From the NCBI GenBank assembly GCA_965216635.1, contig OZ244188.1:1152001-1216000 (forward strand): DNA of 64,000 nucleotides, in the 5' to 3' direction. Below the pieces are notes generated by a model. The model saw only the letters and a list, made by a program, of their open reading frames with translations, had not been told where the DNA came from and did no database searches. This document shows positions 1 to 9,389 of the stretch, piece after piece. A program made the translations under genes and the position numbers. The number at the start of each line of letters is the position of its first letter. The first letter of the stretch is position 1. This DNA is from a bacterium. GTDB lineage: Bacteria > SAR324 > XYD2-FULL-50-16 > G965216635.

Positions 1-201
1 ATAATCAAGACTGTGTACTTTTCCTACAATGGATAAATCTAATGGATCGGGTGCTGAAATATCTTGAAATCCTGTTTTTTTTAAAGAATCTAAAATAAAA
101 TCACACCTTTCAGGACACTCAAAGGGCTTTATAAATTTTCCACCTACTAGTTCTCCTTTAGGAAAGTGTTTTTTGTGTTCTTCACTATAGAATATTTTCA
201 T
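1..201 (-). CDS. aphA: acetylpolyamine amidohydrolase (histone deacetylase family), N-terminal part; gene runs off the window edge
   Basis: Not in the ORF track. Manual translation from ATG at 201 gives MKIFYSEEHKKHFPKGELVGGKFIKPFECPERCDFILDSLKKTGFQDISAPDPLDLSIVGKVHSLDY, resembling the APAH N-terminus (GEL.GG...PFE.P.R...I...VH...Y); polyamine gene context. Confidence 0.8.
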   Translation of the reverse strand, partial: MKIFYSEEHKKHFPKGELVGGKFIKPFECPERCDFILDSLKKTGFQDISAPDPLDLSIVGKVHSLDY

Positions 202-260
202 AATTAGATCTTAGAAAAAATTTGGTAAATAGGAATAGTTTTAGTGTTTTTTTAACAAGT

Positions 261-544
261 ATTATGTTGCTTTAGCTTATCTAATATAGTATTATGTTGC
301 TTTAGCTTATCCAATATAGTATATGTTGCTTTAGCTTACCTGATATAGTATTATGTTGCTTTAGCTTATCCAATATAGTATTATGTTGCTTTAGCTTATC
401 CAATATAGCATTATGTTGCTTTAGCTTATCTAATAGTATTATGTTGCTTTAGCTTATCCAATATAGCATTATGTTGCTTTAGCTTATCTAATATAGTATT
501 ATGTTGCTTTAGCTTACCCAATATAGTATTATGTTGCTTTAGCT
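261..544. repeat. tandem repeat, about 9.5 copies of a 30-bp unit ATTATGTTGCTTTAGCTTATCCAATATAGT
   Basis: Read directly; units abut with no spacers; one 29-bp and one 28-bp unit. Confidence 0.97.
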
Positions 545-597
545 ATTAGGACTAGGATAGTTATTATTTATAGCTTTTTCAACAAATTATTTTAAAA

Positions 598-846
598 ATG
601 AAAAATAAAAATTACAAACATTCTTCTAATCTACCTCTTTCTAAATACCCTTTTTTAAATGGTATGGGAAGTGTGCTTAATTTATCAGGTAACTCGGATT
701 CTTTGGATTGGATTTTAGAAAGAAGTGATGGAGATGCAATTCGCTCTGATTGGGAAATGGTTGGAGACAGTTTGTGGGATGCACTTGATCAAGCCGAAAT
801 TATCTACAAAGACAAACACGTACATGGTAAAAAAGGGCAAAGGTAA
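598..846 (+). CDS. conserved hypothetical small protein (FL.GMGSVL.L.G...SD..AIRSDW..VG..L), typical upstream partner of DUF2335
   Basis: Motif recognition; overlaps the start of the DUF2335 gene. Confidence 0.65.
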   Translation: MKNKNYKHSSNLPLSKYPFLNGMGSVLNLSGNSDSLDWILERSDGDAIRSDWEMVGDSLWDALDQAEIIYKDKHVHGKKGQR

Positions 847-1234
847 GATTTCAAGGATTCCTCATAAAACAAGTTCACCATCAATAAGGCTACAGGCTTA
901 TAGTGGTCCTATTCCTCCTGCTAGTGAATTAGAAAAATATGAAACAGGATTACCAGGATCGGCTAACAGAATTATAAAAATGGCTGAAGATCAAAAAGAT
1001 CACCGAATAGACATAGAAAAACAAGTTATTAATAGTCAAGTTAAAGATAAAAAAAGAGGGCAAATATTTGCTTTTTGTTTGGGTATTGCTGGAATATTAG
1101 CTTCTGTGATAATTGCTTATTTAGGTTATCCCGCATCAGCCGTGGTTTTTGGGTCTGGCACCATTGTAGCGTTAGTGACAGTTTTCCTTGTAGGACAAAC
1201 GGGACAACAAAAGAATTCTGAAAACAAAAAATAA
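824..1234 (+). CDS. DUF2335 family membrane protein
   Basis: YSGPIPP..EL..YE..LPG.A.RI..MAE.Q..HR motif plus two C-terminal TM helices; ATG at 824 preferred over the track start 725. Confidence 0.85.
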   Translation: MVKKGKGKISRIPHKTSSPSIRLQAYSGPIPPASELEKYETGLPGSANRIIKMAEDQKDHRIDIEKQVINSQVKDKKRGQIFAFCLGIAGILASVIIAYLGYPASAVVFGSGTIVALVTVFLVGQTGQQKNSENKK

Positions 1235-1252
1235 CCAGTCGCAAAAATTTTC

Positions 1253-2206
1253 CTAATAGTAGCGAACATTCGGTAAGACGCAAAGTATTTCAAATAATAG
1301 GTTAGCAGCAACCAAAGAAGTATTTTTAGAAAGATCAAAAGGAGGGGAAACTTCCACTAAATCCGCACCAACAAAGTTTAAGTCTTTACAACCTCGTATA
1401 ATCTCTAGAGCCTGATAGATAGTCAAACCTCCAATTTCGGCAGTACCTGTGCCAGGGGCAAAAGCAGGGTCTAAACTATCAATATCAAAACTTAAATAGA
1501 CAGGATGATTGCCAATTTTTTGGCAAACTTTTTTCATAAGTGGGACTAAAGATTTATACCAGCATTCTTCTACAGGCACGACTTCTACTCCTTTTTTTTG
1601 TTGCCATTGAAATTCTTGCGGGCTGTAACCTGTGCCTCTAAGTCCGATTTGGAAGGCTTTATTACAATCTATCAAACTTTCCTCTATGGCTCTGCGGAAA
1701 GGAGTGCCGTGAGCAATTTTTTCTCCCATCATAGTATCGTTGACATCAGCGTGAGCGTCTATATGAATTAAAGCAATAGCTCCGTATTTTTTTTTGATAG
1801 CTTTTAGTATAGGGTAAGTGATGGTATGGTCGCCTCCAATGGATAGGGGAATAATGTTTTTGGTGAGAATTTTAGTAATATACTCTGAAATAATAGTGAT
1901 GCTTTTTTGTAAATTGAAAGAATTGACGGGAATATCTCCTACATCGGCAACCTGTAGATTTTCAAAAGGAGCAGCACCTGTAGAAACATTGAAAGGTCGC
2001 ATCATTCTGGATTCGTCTCTGATTTCGCGGGGAGCAAAACGGGCACCAGGGCGGTTAGAAGTGCCTATATCCAAAGGAACACCTACAAAAGCCACATCTA
2101 AATCGGAAACAATTTCAGACGAAGGCAACCGCATAAAATTAGTAGCTGCTGCGTAGCGAGGCATATCATTACCACTCAAAGGTTGGTTGTATTTTTTTTT
2201 AGGCAT
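1253..2206 (-). CDS. speB: agmatinase/guanidinobutyrase (ureohydrolase family)
   Basis: GGDHTIT, HIDAHAD and SFDIDSLDPAFAPGTGT motifs; substrate (agmatine vs guanidinobutyrate) unresolved. Confidence 0.85.
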   Translation of the reverse strand: MPKKKYNQPLSGNDMPRYAAATNFMRLPSSEIVSDLDVAFVGVPLDIGTSNRPGARFAPREIRDESRMMRPFNVSTGAAPFENLQVADVGDIPVNSFNLQKSITIISEYITKILTKNIIPLSIGGDHTITYPILKAIKKKYGAIALIHIDAHADVNDTMMGEKIAHGTPFRRAIEESLIDCNKAFQIGLRGTGYSPQEFQWQQKKGVEVVPVEECWYKSLVPLMKKVCQKIGNHPVYLSFDIDSLDPAFAPGTGTAEIGGLTIYQALEIIRGCKDLNFVGADLVEVSPPFDLSKNTSLVAANLLFEILCVLPNVRYY

Positions 2207-2230
2207 TTTGAAAGAATATTTTTAGATTGA

Positions 2231-2770
2231 TTAAAATTTTGCCTTTAAAGGAATTTTTTTCCATTTTTTTGCTATTATTTCAAATTCTTGGTAGATAGTG
2301 CTACCTCCATATTTTCTTGATTCGTTAATAAAAAATTGAGCTGTATTCCAACTTCCCACAACTTTAGAATAAAATCTTTTTTTACATATATTTTCATCAT
2401 AAATGTTTTCCAATATTCCAGTGCACATGTTTTCCAATAAATTGAGATAAGCAAACAGATTTCTTGCATGTTCAATTCTTTGATAAGCTATACCCTTTTT
2501 TCTTAATCTACTTATAGAAATTTGGCGATTGGCATAATCTTTAGCTAAAAGGGCTCCTTTTTTATCTTCATTTTGGATAAATCTTAGTATATCAACGCCT
2601 GTTTTTGATACTAGGTTGTTTTCTATTTGAGTGACAATTGCTAGTGTTATTTTTAATTTTTCTGTTTTTTTGTAGTAATAGACGCTAATCACTGCCGCAA
2701 TGACGCCAATAACAAGGATACTAATTTCAGCTATTTTTAAGGTAACTAAAATATGAGAAACAGATTCCAT
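2231..2770 (-). CDS. DUF4760-like protein with N-terminal TM helix
   Basis: LN..E..C.GI...IYDE...K...W...FI...R...IYQEFE..A.KW pattern. Confidence 0.65.
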   Translation of the reverse strand: MESVSHILVTLKIAEISILVIGVIAAVISVYYYKKTEKLKITLAIVTQIENNLVSKTGVDILRFIQNEDKKGALLAKDYANRQISISRLRKKGIAYQRIEHARNLFAYLNLLENMCTGILENIYDENICKKRFYSKVVGSWNTAQFFINESRKYGGSTIYQEFEIIAKKWKKIPLKAKF

Positions 2771-2826
2771 AGTATTTAATTCAAAGATATCATCAAGTAA
2801 TAACCAAAATATTAAAGTTTTAAAAA

Positions 2827-3507
2827 CTAAGTTCTGGGTTGTTTTAAAAATTCTACGATTTTTTGGGGGACTTGGTGGGATATTTTTTTGGTAAGATTTT
2901 TTTTTGTTTCTGCAATTACTTCTGGGGATAAAGTTTTTTTTCGGACTTGGAAAAGTTTTTTTGCAAAATCTAAATCAAACTCTGGATGGTGTTGAAAGGA
3001 AATAGCTATATCTCCGTAAGCTAAAGCAGCGTTTTTACAAAAATCGGTGCTACCGATAACTTCGGCGTCTGAAGGCAGTTGAGTTACTTGGTCTCCATAC
3101 CAAGCTAAAATATAATTTTCTTTGCTACCGCCTTTGAGGTTTAATTTTTCTACACCACATTTCATACCGCCTTTAAATTTTTCTACTTTGCCTCCCAATG
3201 CTTGTGCTAAAATTTGGTGCCCAAAGCAAATAGCAACGATGGGAATTTTTGTTTTATAGACATTTCTTATAAAATCCTCTAATGCTGGTATCCAGCTAAG
3301 TTTTTCGTAGGCACCATGCCTAGAGCCGGTAATTAGCCAAGCATCCATCTCGTCTGGCTTTTTGGGAAAAATAGAATCTAGGACAGCGTAAGTTTTAAAT
3401 TGAAAATTTTGTCCTTTAAACAATCTCATAAAAAGATCGTTATAGTCGCCAAAGTTTTTTTGTAAGGCTTCAGGAGAGCGACCTGTTTGCAAAATACCTA
3501 TTTTCAT
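2827..3507 (-). CDS. class I glutamine amidotransferase
   Basis: ITGS, ICFGHQ nucleophile elbow, FQHHPEF. Confidence 0.9.
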   Translation of the reverse strand: MKIGILQTGRSPEALQKNFGDYNDLFMRLFKGQNFQFKTYAVLDSIFPKKPDEMDAWLITGSRHGAYEKLSWIPALEDFIRNVYKTKIPIVAICFGHQILAQALGGKVEKFKGGMKCGVEKLNLKGGSKENYILAWYGDQVTQLPSDAEVIGSTDFCKNAALAYGDIAISFQHHPEFDLDFAKKLFQVRKKTLSPEVIAETKKNLTKKISHQVPQKIVEFLKQPRT

Positions 3508-3520
3508 TTTTGAACCTTTT

Positions 3521-4318
3521 TTATTTTTGAGTTCTTCTCATTTGCCAGCTAGCAAGTACTACTCCAAGGGTTACTACTACAATAATTATAGTAGCTAAAG
3601 CGTTCACCTCTGGGCTAATACCTAGTCTGACTTTAGAAAAAACTACCATCGGCAGAGTGGAAGATGCAGGACCTGATACAAAACTAGCGATAACTAAATC
3701 ATCTAAAGATAGCGTGAAAGATAACAACCAGCCAGAAATCAAGGCGGGCATAATTGTAGGCAGAGTTATATCAAAAAAAACTCTTATGGGTGTAGCTCCC
3801 AAATCTAAAGCTGCTTCTTCTATGGAAGAATCCATATCTATCAAACGGGATTGAATTACCACAGCCACAAAAGCCATAGAAAAAGTGGTGTGTGCGATAA
3901 TGATAGTAGTTAAGCCCCTGCCAGCTGGCCATCCCAAAAGAGATTCCATACCTACAAATAGTAAAAGTAGCGATAAGCCTGTAATAATTTCGGGCATTAC
4001 TAAAGGAGCAGTAATCATTCCAGTCAATAAAGGTTTGGCTCTAAATTTTCTAAATCTAACTAAAGCAATAGAGGCTAGAGTTCCTAAACAGATGGCTATG
4101 GAAGCACTAATGAAGGCTATTTTTAGACTCAGCCAAGCGGATTGCAAAATCTGTGGGTCTCTCAAAAGTTCTCCATACCATTTTGTAGAAAAACCTCCCC
4201 AAACTGTAACCAACTTAGATTCATTAAAGCTAAAAACAACCAGTAAAATGATAGGGATATAAAGAAAAGCGAAAACTAATAAAGCCGTAATGGGTAGGAA
4301 GTAATTTTTTTTAAGCAT
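3521..4318 (-). CDS. potI: putrescine ABC transporter permease
   Basis: SFNES.LVTVWGGFS.KWY, EEAA.DLGA, SLDD motifs. Confidence 0.92.
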   Translation of the reverse strand: MLKKNYFLPITALLVFAFLYIPIILLVVFSFNESKLVTVWGGFSTKWYGELLRDPQILQSAWLSLKIAFISASIAICLGTLASIALVRFRKFRAKPLLTGMITAPLVMPEIITGLSLLLLFVGMESLLGWPAGRGLTTIIIAHTTFSMAFVAVVIQSRLIDMDSSIEEAALDLGATPIRVFFDITLPTIMPALISGWLLSFTLSLDDLVIASFVSGPASSTLPMVVFSKVRLGISPEVNALATIIIVVVTLGVVLASWQMRRTQK

Positions 4319-5258
4319 TTTTTTTGGTACCTGTTAAATTCCTTAAAAATATAATAGGAATTACTATTAAAATTAGCATTGCGATAGAAACAGCGGAGGC
4401 GACGGGCCAATCTCTATTAGAAAAAAATTCGCTCCAAATCACTTTGCCTATCATTAAATTATCTGCACCTCCCAAGAGTGCTGGGATAACGAACTCACCG
4501 ATAGCAGGAATTAAGACTAAGGCGCTACCTGCTAAAATTCCGGGAAGAGAAAGTGGCAGTGTGATTTTCAAAAAAGTGACAATAGAATTAGCCCCCAAAT
4601 CTTTAGACGCTTCCAAAAGAGAGTCGTCTAGTTTTACGAGGTTGGCGTAAAGAGGCAAAATCATAAATGGCAAATAGGCATAAACAATACCGATATAGAC
4701 TGCTATGTCGGTGCGTAAAATAGTTAGCGGCTCTGATATAAGACCAATAGCAAGCAAGGCTTCGTTGAGATAACCCTTTGGTTTTAAGATTCCAATCCAA
4801 GCATAAACCCTTAACAAAAAAGAAGTCCAAAAGGGCAAAACTATAAGTAAAAGTAGAAAATTTCGTTTGATTTCACTTGAACGTGCAATGTAGTAAGCAA
4901 GTGGATAGCCCACCAAAAGACAAAGGATAGTAGAAAAAAAAGCAATTTTCAAAGAGGTTAGGTAAGATAAAAAATAGAGAGTATCTTCTAAAAGGTATTG
5001 GTAGTTGGAAAAATTCAAACTAATTTGTAAAACTCCTTCTTCATTGAAACTTGTTAAAGGGAGATAGGGAGGTTGTTGGATAACAGCTTCGGAAAAAGAA
5101 ATTTTTGCAATAAAAGCAAAAGGAACAAGAAAAAATATTAAAAGCCATAAAGTAGGCACAGCAATCACCAATCCTTTTCCAGAAAGACCTAATTTAGCAA
5201 GCCCGATAAAACTCCACCTGACTGGTGGAAATTTCTTTATTTTATCAATCCAGCTCAT
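4311..5258 (-). CDS. potH: putrescine ABC transporter permease
   Basis: LPFWTSFLLRVYAW, LEAS.DLGA, NRDWP.ASA; ATG at 5258 avoids overlap with potG. Confidence 0.92.
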   Translation of the reverse strand: MSWIDKIKKFPPVRWSFIGLAKLGLSGKGLVIAVPTLWLLIFFLVPFAFIAKISFSEAVIQQPPYLPLTSFNEEGVLQISLNFSNYQYLLEDTLYFLSYLTSLKIAFFSTILCLLVGYPLAYYIARSSEIKRNFLLLLIVLPFWTSFLLRVYAWIGILKPKGYLNEALLAIGLISEPLTILRTDIAVYIGIVYAYLPFMILPLYANLVKLDDSLLEASKDLGANSIVTFLKITLPLSLPGILAGSALVLIPAIGEFVIPALLGGADNLMIGKVIWSEFFSNRDWPVASAVSIAMLILIVIPIIFLRNLTGTKKNA

Positions 5259-5266
5259 TGTAGTTT

Positions 5267-6403
5267 TTACGATTGTAATATAATTCCAGCATTTTTCTCC
5301 CAACTAATATAAACCGTTTCATTCGCTAAAATAGGATTATCATCTAGATGGCGACTAGTATTAGATTGAGTGACTGTAACGAGTTTTCCTCCTTTCAATA
5401 AAATGCGGTAGATAGAAAGGTTACCAATATAAGCAATTTCAGAGACAACACCTTGGCTAACATTGATTTTTGATTGCGGGGCTTTACGGTTGAGCATCAT
5501 TTTTTCTGGGCGCAAGGCAAACCAAAGTTTTTGATTAGGAACACAGCTAATGCCGTGAGATACATAGATATTGCAGCCTGCTTCTTTGGATTGTAGTTTT
5601 ACATAATTTTCTTCGTCCTCTACTACTCTGGATTCAAAAATATTAATGGATCCTATAAAATCTGCTACATAGCGAGAATTAGGGTGCTCGTAAATGGTGT
5701 GGGCCGTTCCAATTTGACTTATCTCTCCATCTTTCATTATGGCGATCCTAGAAGACAAAGTCATGGCTTCTTCTTGGTCGTGAGTGACGACTACGAAGGT
5801 AATATTGAGTGTCTCTTGAATTTGAATAATTTCAAACTGAGTTTCTTCACGCAGTTTTTTATCTAAAGCTCCTAGTGGCTCGTCTAAGAGTAATAGTTTT
5901 GGTTTTTTTATCAAAGATCTGCCTAAAGCTACTCTCTGTTGTTGTCCTCCAGAAAGTTGATGAGGTTTTCTTTTAGCAAAAGATTCCATTTGAACAAGTT
6001 TGAGCATATCTGACACTCTATCTTGAATTTCGGTTTTTGGTAATCTGTCTCTTTTTAAGCCGTAAGCAATGTTTTTTTCTACGCTCATGTGAGGGAAAAG
6101 AGCGTAAGACTGAAACATCATATTGGTAGGTCTTTTATTTGGAGGTAAGCCCAACATATTTTGTCCGTCAATTTCAATAGAGCCAGCTGTAGGCTCTTCA
6201 AAACCTGCCAGCATTCTCAGAAGAGTTGTTTTACCGCACCCAGAGCCTCCCAGTAGACAAAAAAGCTCTCCTTCAAAAATATCTAGTGTGACATTATCTA
6301 CTGCGGTGAAATCCCCGAATTTTTTGCTCACACCCTTGATTTGAATCAAAGGTGTGGCTGTGGAGTCTTCCCAAAGAGAATAGCCTTTTCTTTTTTTATC
6401 CAT
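5267..6403 (-). CDS. potG: putrescine ABC transporter ATP-binding protein
   Basis: Walker A GGSGCGKT, LSGGQ, LLDEP, C-terminal TOBE-like region. Confidence 0.93.
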   Translation of the reverse strand: MDKKRKGYSLWEDSTATPLIQIKGVSKKFGDFTAVDNVTLDIFEGELFCLLGGSGCGKTTLLRMLAGFEEPTAGSIEIDGQNMLGLPPNKRPTNMMFQSYALFPHMSVEKNIAYGLKRDRLPKTEIQDRVSDMLKLVQMESFAKRKPHQLSGGQQQRVALGRSLIKKPKLLLLDEPLGALDKKLREETQFEIIQIQETLNITFVVVTHDQEEAMTLSSRIAIMKDGEISQIGTAHTIYEHPNSRYVADFIGSINIFESRVVEDEENYVKLQSKEAGCNIYVSHGISCVPNQKLWFALRPEKMMLNRKAPQSKINVSQGVVSEIAYIGNLSIYRILLKGGKLVTVTQSNTSRHLDDNPILANETVYISWEKNAGIILQS

Positions 6404-6425
6404 TGTTTAGATAAAATAAGATAGA

Positions 6426-7514
6426 TTATTTACCGCTCTTCAACCTAGTCCAAGTGCGTGTCAGCAATCTATCATACTTTTTTGAATTTGTTGATGTTGC
6501 AAACAAATTCTTTTTTACAGCATCGGACGGATAGATAGACGGATCTTCTAATATTTCTGCCTCAATATATGGGGTAGAAGCAGAATTTCCGTTAGGATAA
6601 AATACATAATTTGTAATATCCGCTATAATTTTAGGCTCCATCAGAAAGTTAATGAACTTATGTGCATTATTAGGATGCGGAGCATCTTTTGGAATTGCTA
6701 GCACATCAAACCAAATCACAGTGCCTTCCTTTGGAATAACATAAGATACAGAAAACTTTTGTTCTGCTTCTGCTGCTCTATCAATCGCTATCAAAACATC
6801 ACCACTCCATCCCATAGAAACACAAGAGTCACCATTTGCCAAATCGTTTATGTATTGTGATGAATTAAAGGAGCGAATATAAGGGCGAACTTTCTTTATT
6901 ACTGCTTCTGCTTTTTTTAAATCTTTAGTTTTTTTGCTATCAGGATTCAAGCCTAAGTAAGCTAAAGCTGCAGGAATTACGTCTGTTGGTGAATCTAAAA
7001 AACTCACCCCACAATCTGCAAATTTAGAAACAACTTTGGGGTCAAAAAGCATAGCCCAGCTACCTACGGGAGCGTTTGGCATGCGTTTTTTGATAGCTTC
7101 TTCGTTATAACCAAAGCCTACTGTTCCCCACATATAAACGATAGAATATTTATTACCAGGATCATATACCGATACTCTTTTCGCAATAGCTTTATCCAGA
7201 TTTTTGCTATTGGGTAAAGCAGATTTGTTCAGCTTTTGAAAAATCCCAGCTTTTATTTGTCTATCAATAAAACTAGCAGAAGGCACAACCACATCGTAGC
7301 CAGATGAACCAGCCAAAAGTTTTGCCTCCAAAATTTCATTACCATCAAACACATCGTAATTAACCTTAATGCCGGTTTTCTTTTCAAATTTAGCAACTGT
7401 ATCCTCAGCGATATAATCCGACCAATTATAGACATTGAGAACTTTTTTTTCTGCAAAAGCCAGGTTGGCTGTAAAAAGCAAGCCAACTAGCAGTAATGCT
7501 TTTAAGTTTTTCAT
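6426..7514 (-). CDS. potF: putrescine ABC transporter substrate-binding protein
   Basis: Signal peptide, YNWSDYI, GSSGYDVVVPS, GWSGD. Confidence 0.93.
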   Translation of the reverse strand: MKNLKALLLVGLLFTANLAFAEKKVLNVYNWSDYIAEDTVAKFEKKTGIKVNYDVFDGNEILEAKLLAGSSGYDVVVPSASFIDRQIKAGIFQKLNKSALPNSKNLDKAIAKRVSVYDPGNKYSIVYMWGTVGFGYNEEAIKKRMPNAPVGSWAMLFDPKVVSKFADCGVSFLDSPTDVIPAALAYLGLNPDSKKTKDLKKAEAVIKKVRPYIRSFNSSQYINDLANGDSCVSMGWSGDVLIAIDRAAEAEQKFSVSYVIPKEGTVIWFDVLAIPKDAPHPNNAHKFINFLMEPKIIADITNYVFYPNGNSASTPYIEAEILEDPSIYPSDAVKKNLFATSTNSKKYDRLLTRTWTRLKSGK

Positions 7515-7528
7515 TTTCTTAAATAATT

Positions 7529-7681
7529 TAGGTTTTTAATTTGCGTTATGTGACGGCTAGCCAAATGGTTAGAACAGGTGCGAAAAAAATTTTTAGCTCG
7601 CAGGAATACTCAAGTATTTCAAGAGTTAAAAAATTTTTTCAACGCCGTATAGGCTAAACAGAACGCAAATTCAAAAGTCTA
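7529..7681. mobile_element. palindromic MITE-like element copy in the potF leader
   Basis: AATTTGCGTT...AACGCAAATTCAAAAGTCTA terminal stem and GAATACT..AGTATT core shared with other copies. Confidence 0.85.
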
Positions 7682-7722
7682 ATTTAGGTTTTTAATCCAG
7701 TGTCATTGACACTGCAACCCTA

Positions 7723-7751
7723 AAGATAATTAATTTTTTCAATAATTGCAA
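7723..7751 (-). promoter_or_regulatory. putative sigma70 promoter of potF (TTGCAA-17-TATCTT)
   Basis: Consensus-like hexamers with 17-bp spacing. Confidence 0.4.
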
Positions 7752-7806
7752 ATAATAAAATAGCTATTTTTAAAAAAAACACATTTAGACGGTTTAAAAG
7801 TAGTAC

Positions 7807-7835
7807 TTGACAGCGGAAAGTATATATCTTAAAAT
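7807..7835 (+). promoter_or_regulatory. putative sigma70 promoter of yceI (TTGACA-17-TAAAAT)
   Basis: Perfect -35 with 17-bp spacer. Confidence 0.65.
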
Positions 7836-7971
7836 TTTGAATTAGGCATTCTAGTTCGGCTATACTGCGTTGCTCAAGTTTTTTATTTCTCAAAATACTC
7901 CAGTATTCCTCTTGGGTAAAAAACTTTCGCTCCTTGTCTAGCTTTCCTATAATGCCTAATTCAAAGGTCTA
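7835..7971. mobile_element. palindromic element copy (TTGAATTAGGCATT subtype) in the yceI leader
   Basis: Terminal IR TTTGAATTAGGCATT/AATGCCTAATTCAAA; closely similar to 57371-57515. Confidence 0.88.
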
Positions 7972-8004
7972 TAATCTTATAACCCAAAAATATATCCATC
8001 AATT

Positions 8005-8622
8005 ATGTTTAAATCAATCGTTCAAAAATTCATTGTTAGTTTTTTACTGTTATTTCTTTTTTTTAGTGCCCAAATAATACCTAAAGCAATACCACAAGCA
8101 CTAGCCCAAGAAATAACACCGTATAAAATAGATAAAAAAAACAGCTCTGTTGGTTTTACCGCCTGTTGCCACGCTTTTATCTCCAATGTTAATGGAGTTT
8201 TTAAAAAATATGAGGCTCAAGTTTCGGTAGATAAAGATCAAAAAATTCAATCTGTAAGCGCAGAAATACAAGCTGATTCTGTAGATACAGATAGCAGAAG
8301 AAGAGACAAACATCTAAGGAAGGATGATTTTTTTGATGTTAAAAATCACCCTAAAATTACTTTTGAAAGTAGTAAAATAGAATATTTAGGAGCAAACACC
8401 AATGGAACCAATGGACAAGGAGGCGAAATTTTAGCCACTGGAAACCTAACAATAAAAGCAATCACCAAAGAAATAGAATTAAAAGGAAAGGTTTTAGCTA
8501 GTAGTAAGGATAAAATAGTTTTAGAAGCAACGGCTATAATCAATAAAAATGATTTTGGGATAAGCTATTCCAAAATGAAAGATGTGGTTACTCTTATCAT
8601 CAAAATCACCTTAAAACCTTGA
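8005..8622 (+). CDS. YceI family lipid/polyisoprenoid-binding protein
   Basis: Signal peptide, ID..S.V.F, SVDT....RD.HL...DFFD....P.I.F.S, G.LTI. Confidence 0.9.
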   Translation: MFKSIVQKFIVSFLLLFLFFSAQIIPKAIPQALAQEITPYKIDKKNSSVGFTACCHAFISNVNGVFKKYEAQVSVDKDQKIQSVSAEIQADSVDTDSRRRDKHLRKDDFFDVKNHPKITFESSKIEYLGANTNGTNGQGGEILATGNLTIKAITKEIELKGKVLASSKDKIVLEATAIINKNDFGISYSKMKDVVTLIIKITLKP

Positions 8623-8852
8623 ATTTGCGTTCTGTTTAGCCAAAACAAGCTTATTGCTTTCACCCTATACAGGCTTTAGCAAAAGAGCCAGTGGCTCTTT
8701 TGCAGTCCTTTTTTGGAGTATGCAAGGTTTGTAGTGTTTTTTACTACGCCATTAAAAAAAATTTTTAACTCTTGAAATACTTCAGTATTCCTACGAGCTA
8801 AAAAATTTTTTCGCCTTGCCTAGCCGTCACATAACGCAAATTCAAAGGTCTA
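8613..8852. mobile_element. composite palindromic element with GCAAAAGAGCCAGTGGCTCTTTTGC module; supplies the yceI stop codon
   Basis: Shared ends and core; TGA of yceI lies within CCTTGAATT. Confidence 0.88.
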
Positions 8853-9035
8853 TTTTATTTTGCTAAAAACCTTGAATTTGCGTTCTGTTTAGCACGCTAA
8901 ATTCAAAGGTCTATTTTATTTTGCTAAAAACCTTGAATTTGCGTTCTGTTTAGCACGCTAAATTCAAAGGTCTATTTTATTTTGCTAAAAACCTTGAATT
9001 TGCGTTCTGTTTAGCACGCTAAATTCAAAAGTCTC
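8853..9035. repeat. three tandem 61-bp units, each an internally deleted mini palindromic element plus flank
   Basis: TATTTTATTTTGCTAAAAACCTTGAATTTGCGTTCTGTTTAGCACGCTAAATTCAAAGGTC x3. Confidence 0.95.
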
Positions 9036-9211
9036 AATATTGGGGTTGCTTTTTAACTAAAAATAGTTCAAACTTTGCCTATATTTAAGTTTATTGTTGG
9101 GGTTTTATAGCATTTTAGAAAAAATTCCCTCCAAAAACAACCAAAAACAAGCAAACTAAAAAAAAAATTTGACTATTTTTAGGTTTTTAGTTGTTCTTTT
9201 AAAACCAAAAT

Positions 9212-9379
9212 AAAAAAAAAGATTGATTGTTTTTATTTTTTTAGTTATCCTTTATAAAGTTTTATAAAAATAAAACTGAATAATCAAAATTAACTAAAAA
9301 AAAGATTGATTGTTTTTATTTTTTTAGTTATCCTTTATAAAGTTTTATAAAAATAAAACTGAATAACCAAAATTAACTA
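9212..9379. repeat. about 83-bp direct duplication upstream of the beta-barrel gene
   Basis: GATTGATTGTTTTTATTTTTTTAGTTATCC... at 9221 and 9304. Confidence 0.93.
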
Positions 9380-9389
9380 TAAAAAGACT

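Noticed and set aside
261..544. CRISPR array
   Set aside because: 30-bp units abut directly with no unique spacers; no cas genes in the window
725..823. N-terminal extension of the DUF2335 ORF
   Set aside because: Overlaps the conserved upstream ORF; ATG at 824 gives a typical length
7529..7681. Riboswitch or T-box in the potF leader
   Set aside because: Sequence is a copy of the dispersed element found beside unrelated genes in either orientation; no known aptamer motif recognised
8853..9035. CRISPR array (palindromic repeats with spacers)
   Set aside because: Intervening sequences are identical and the repeat is a deletion derivative of the dispersed element
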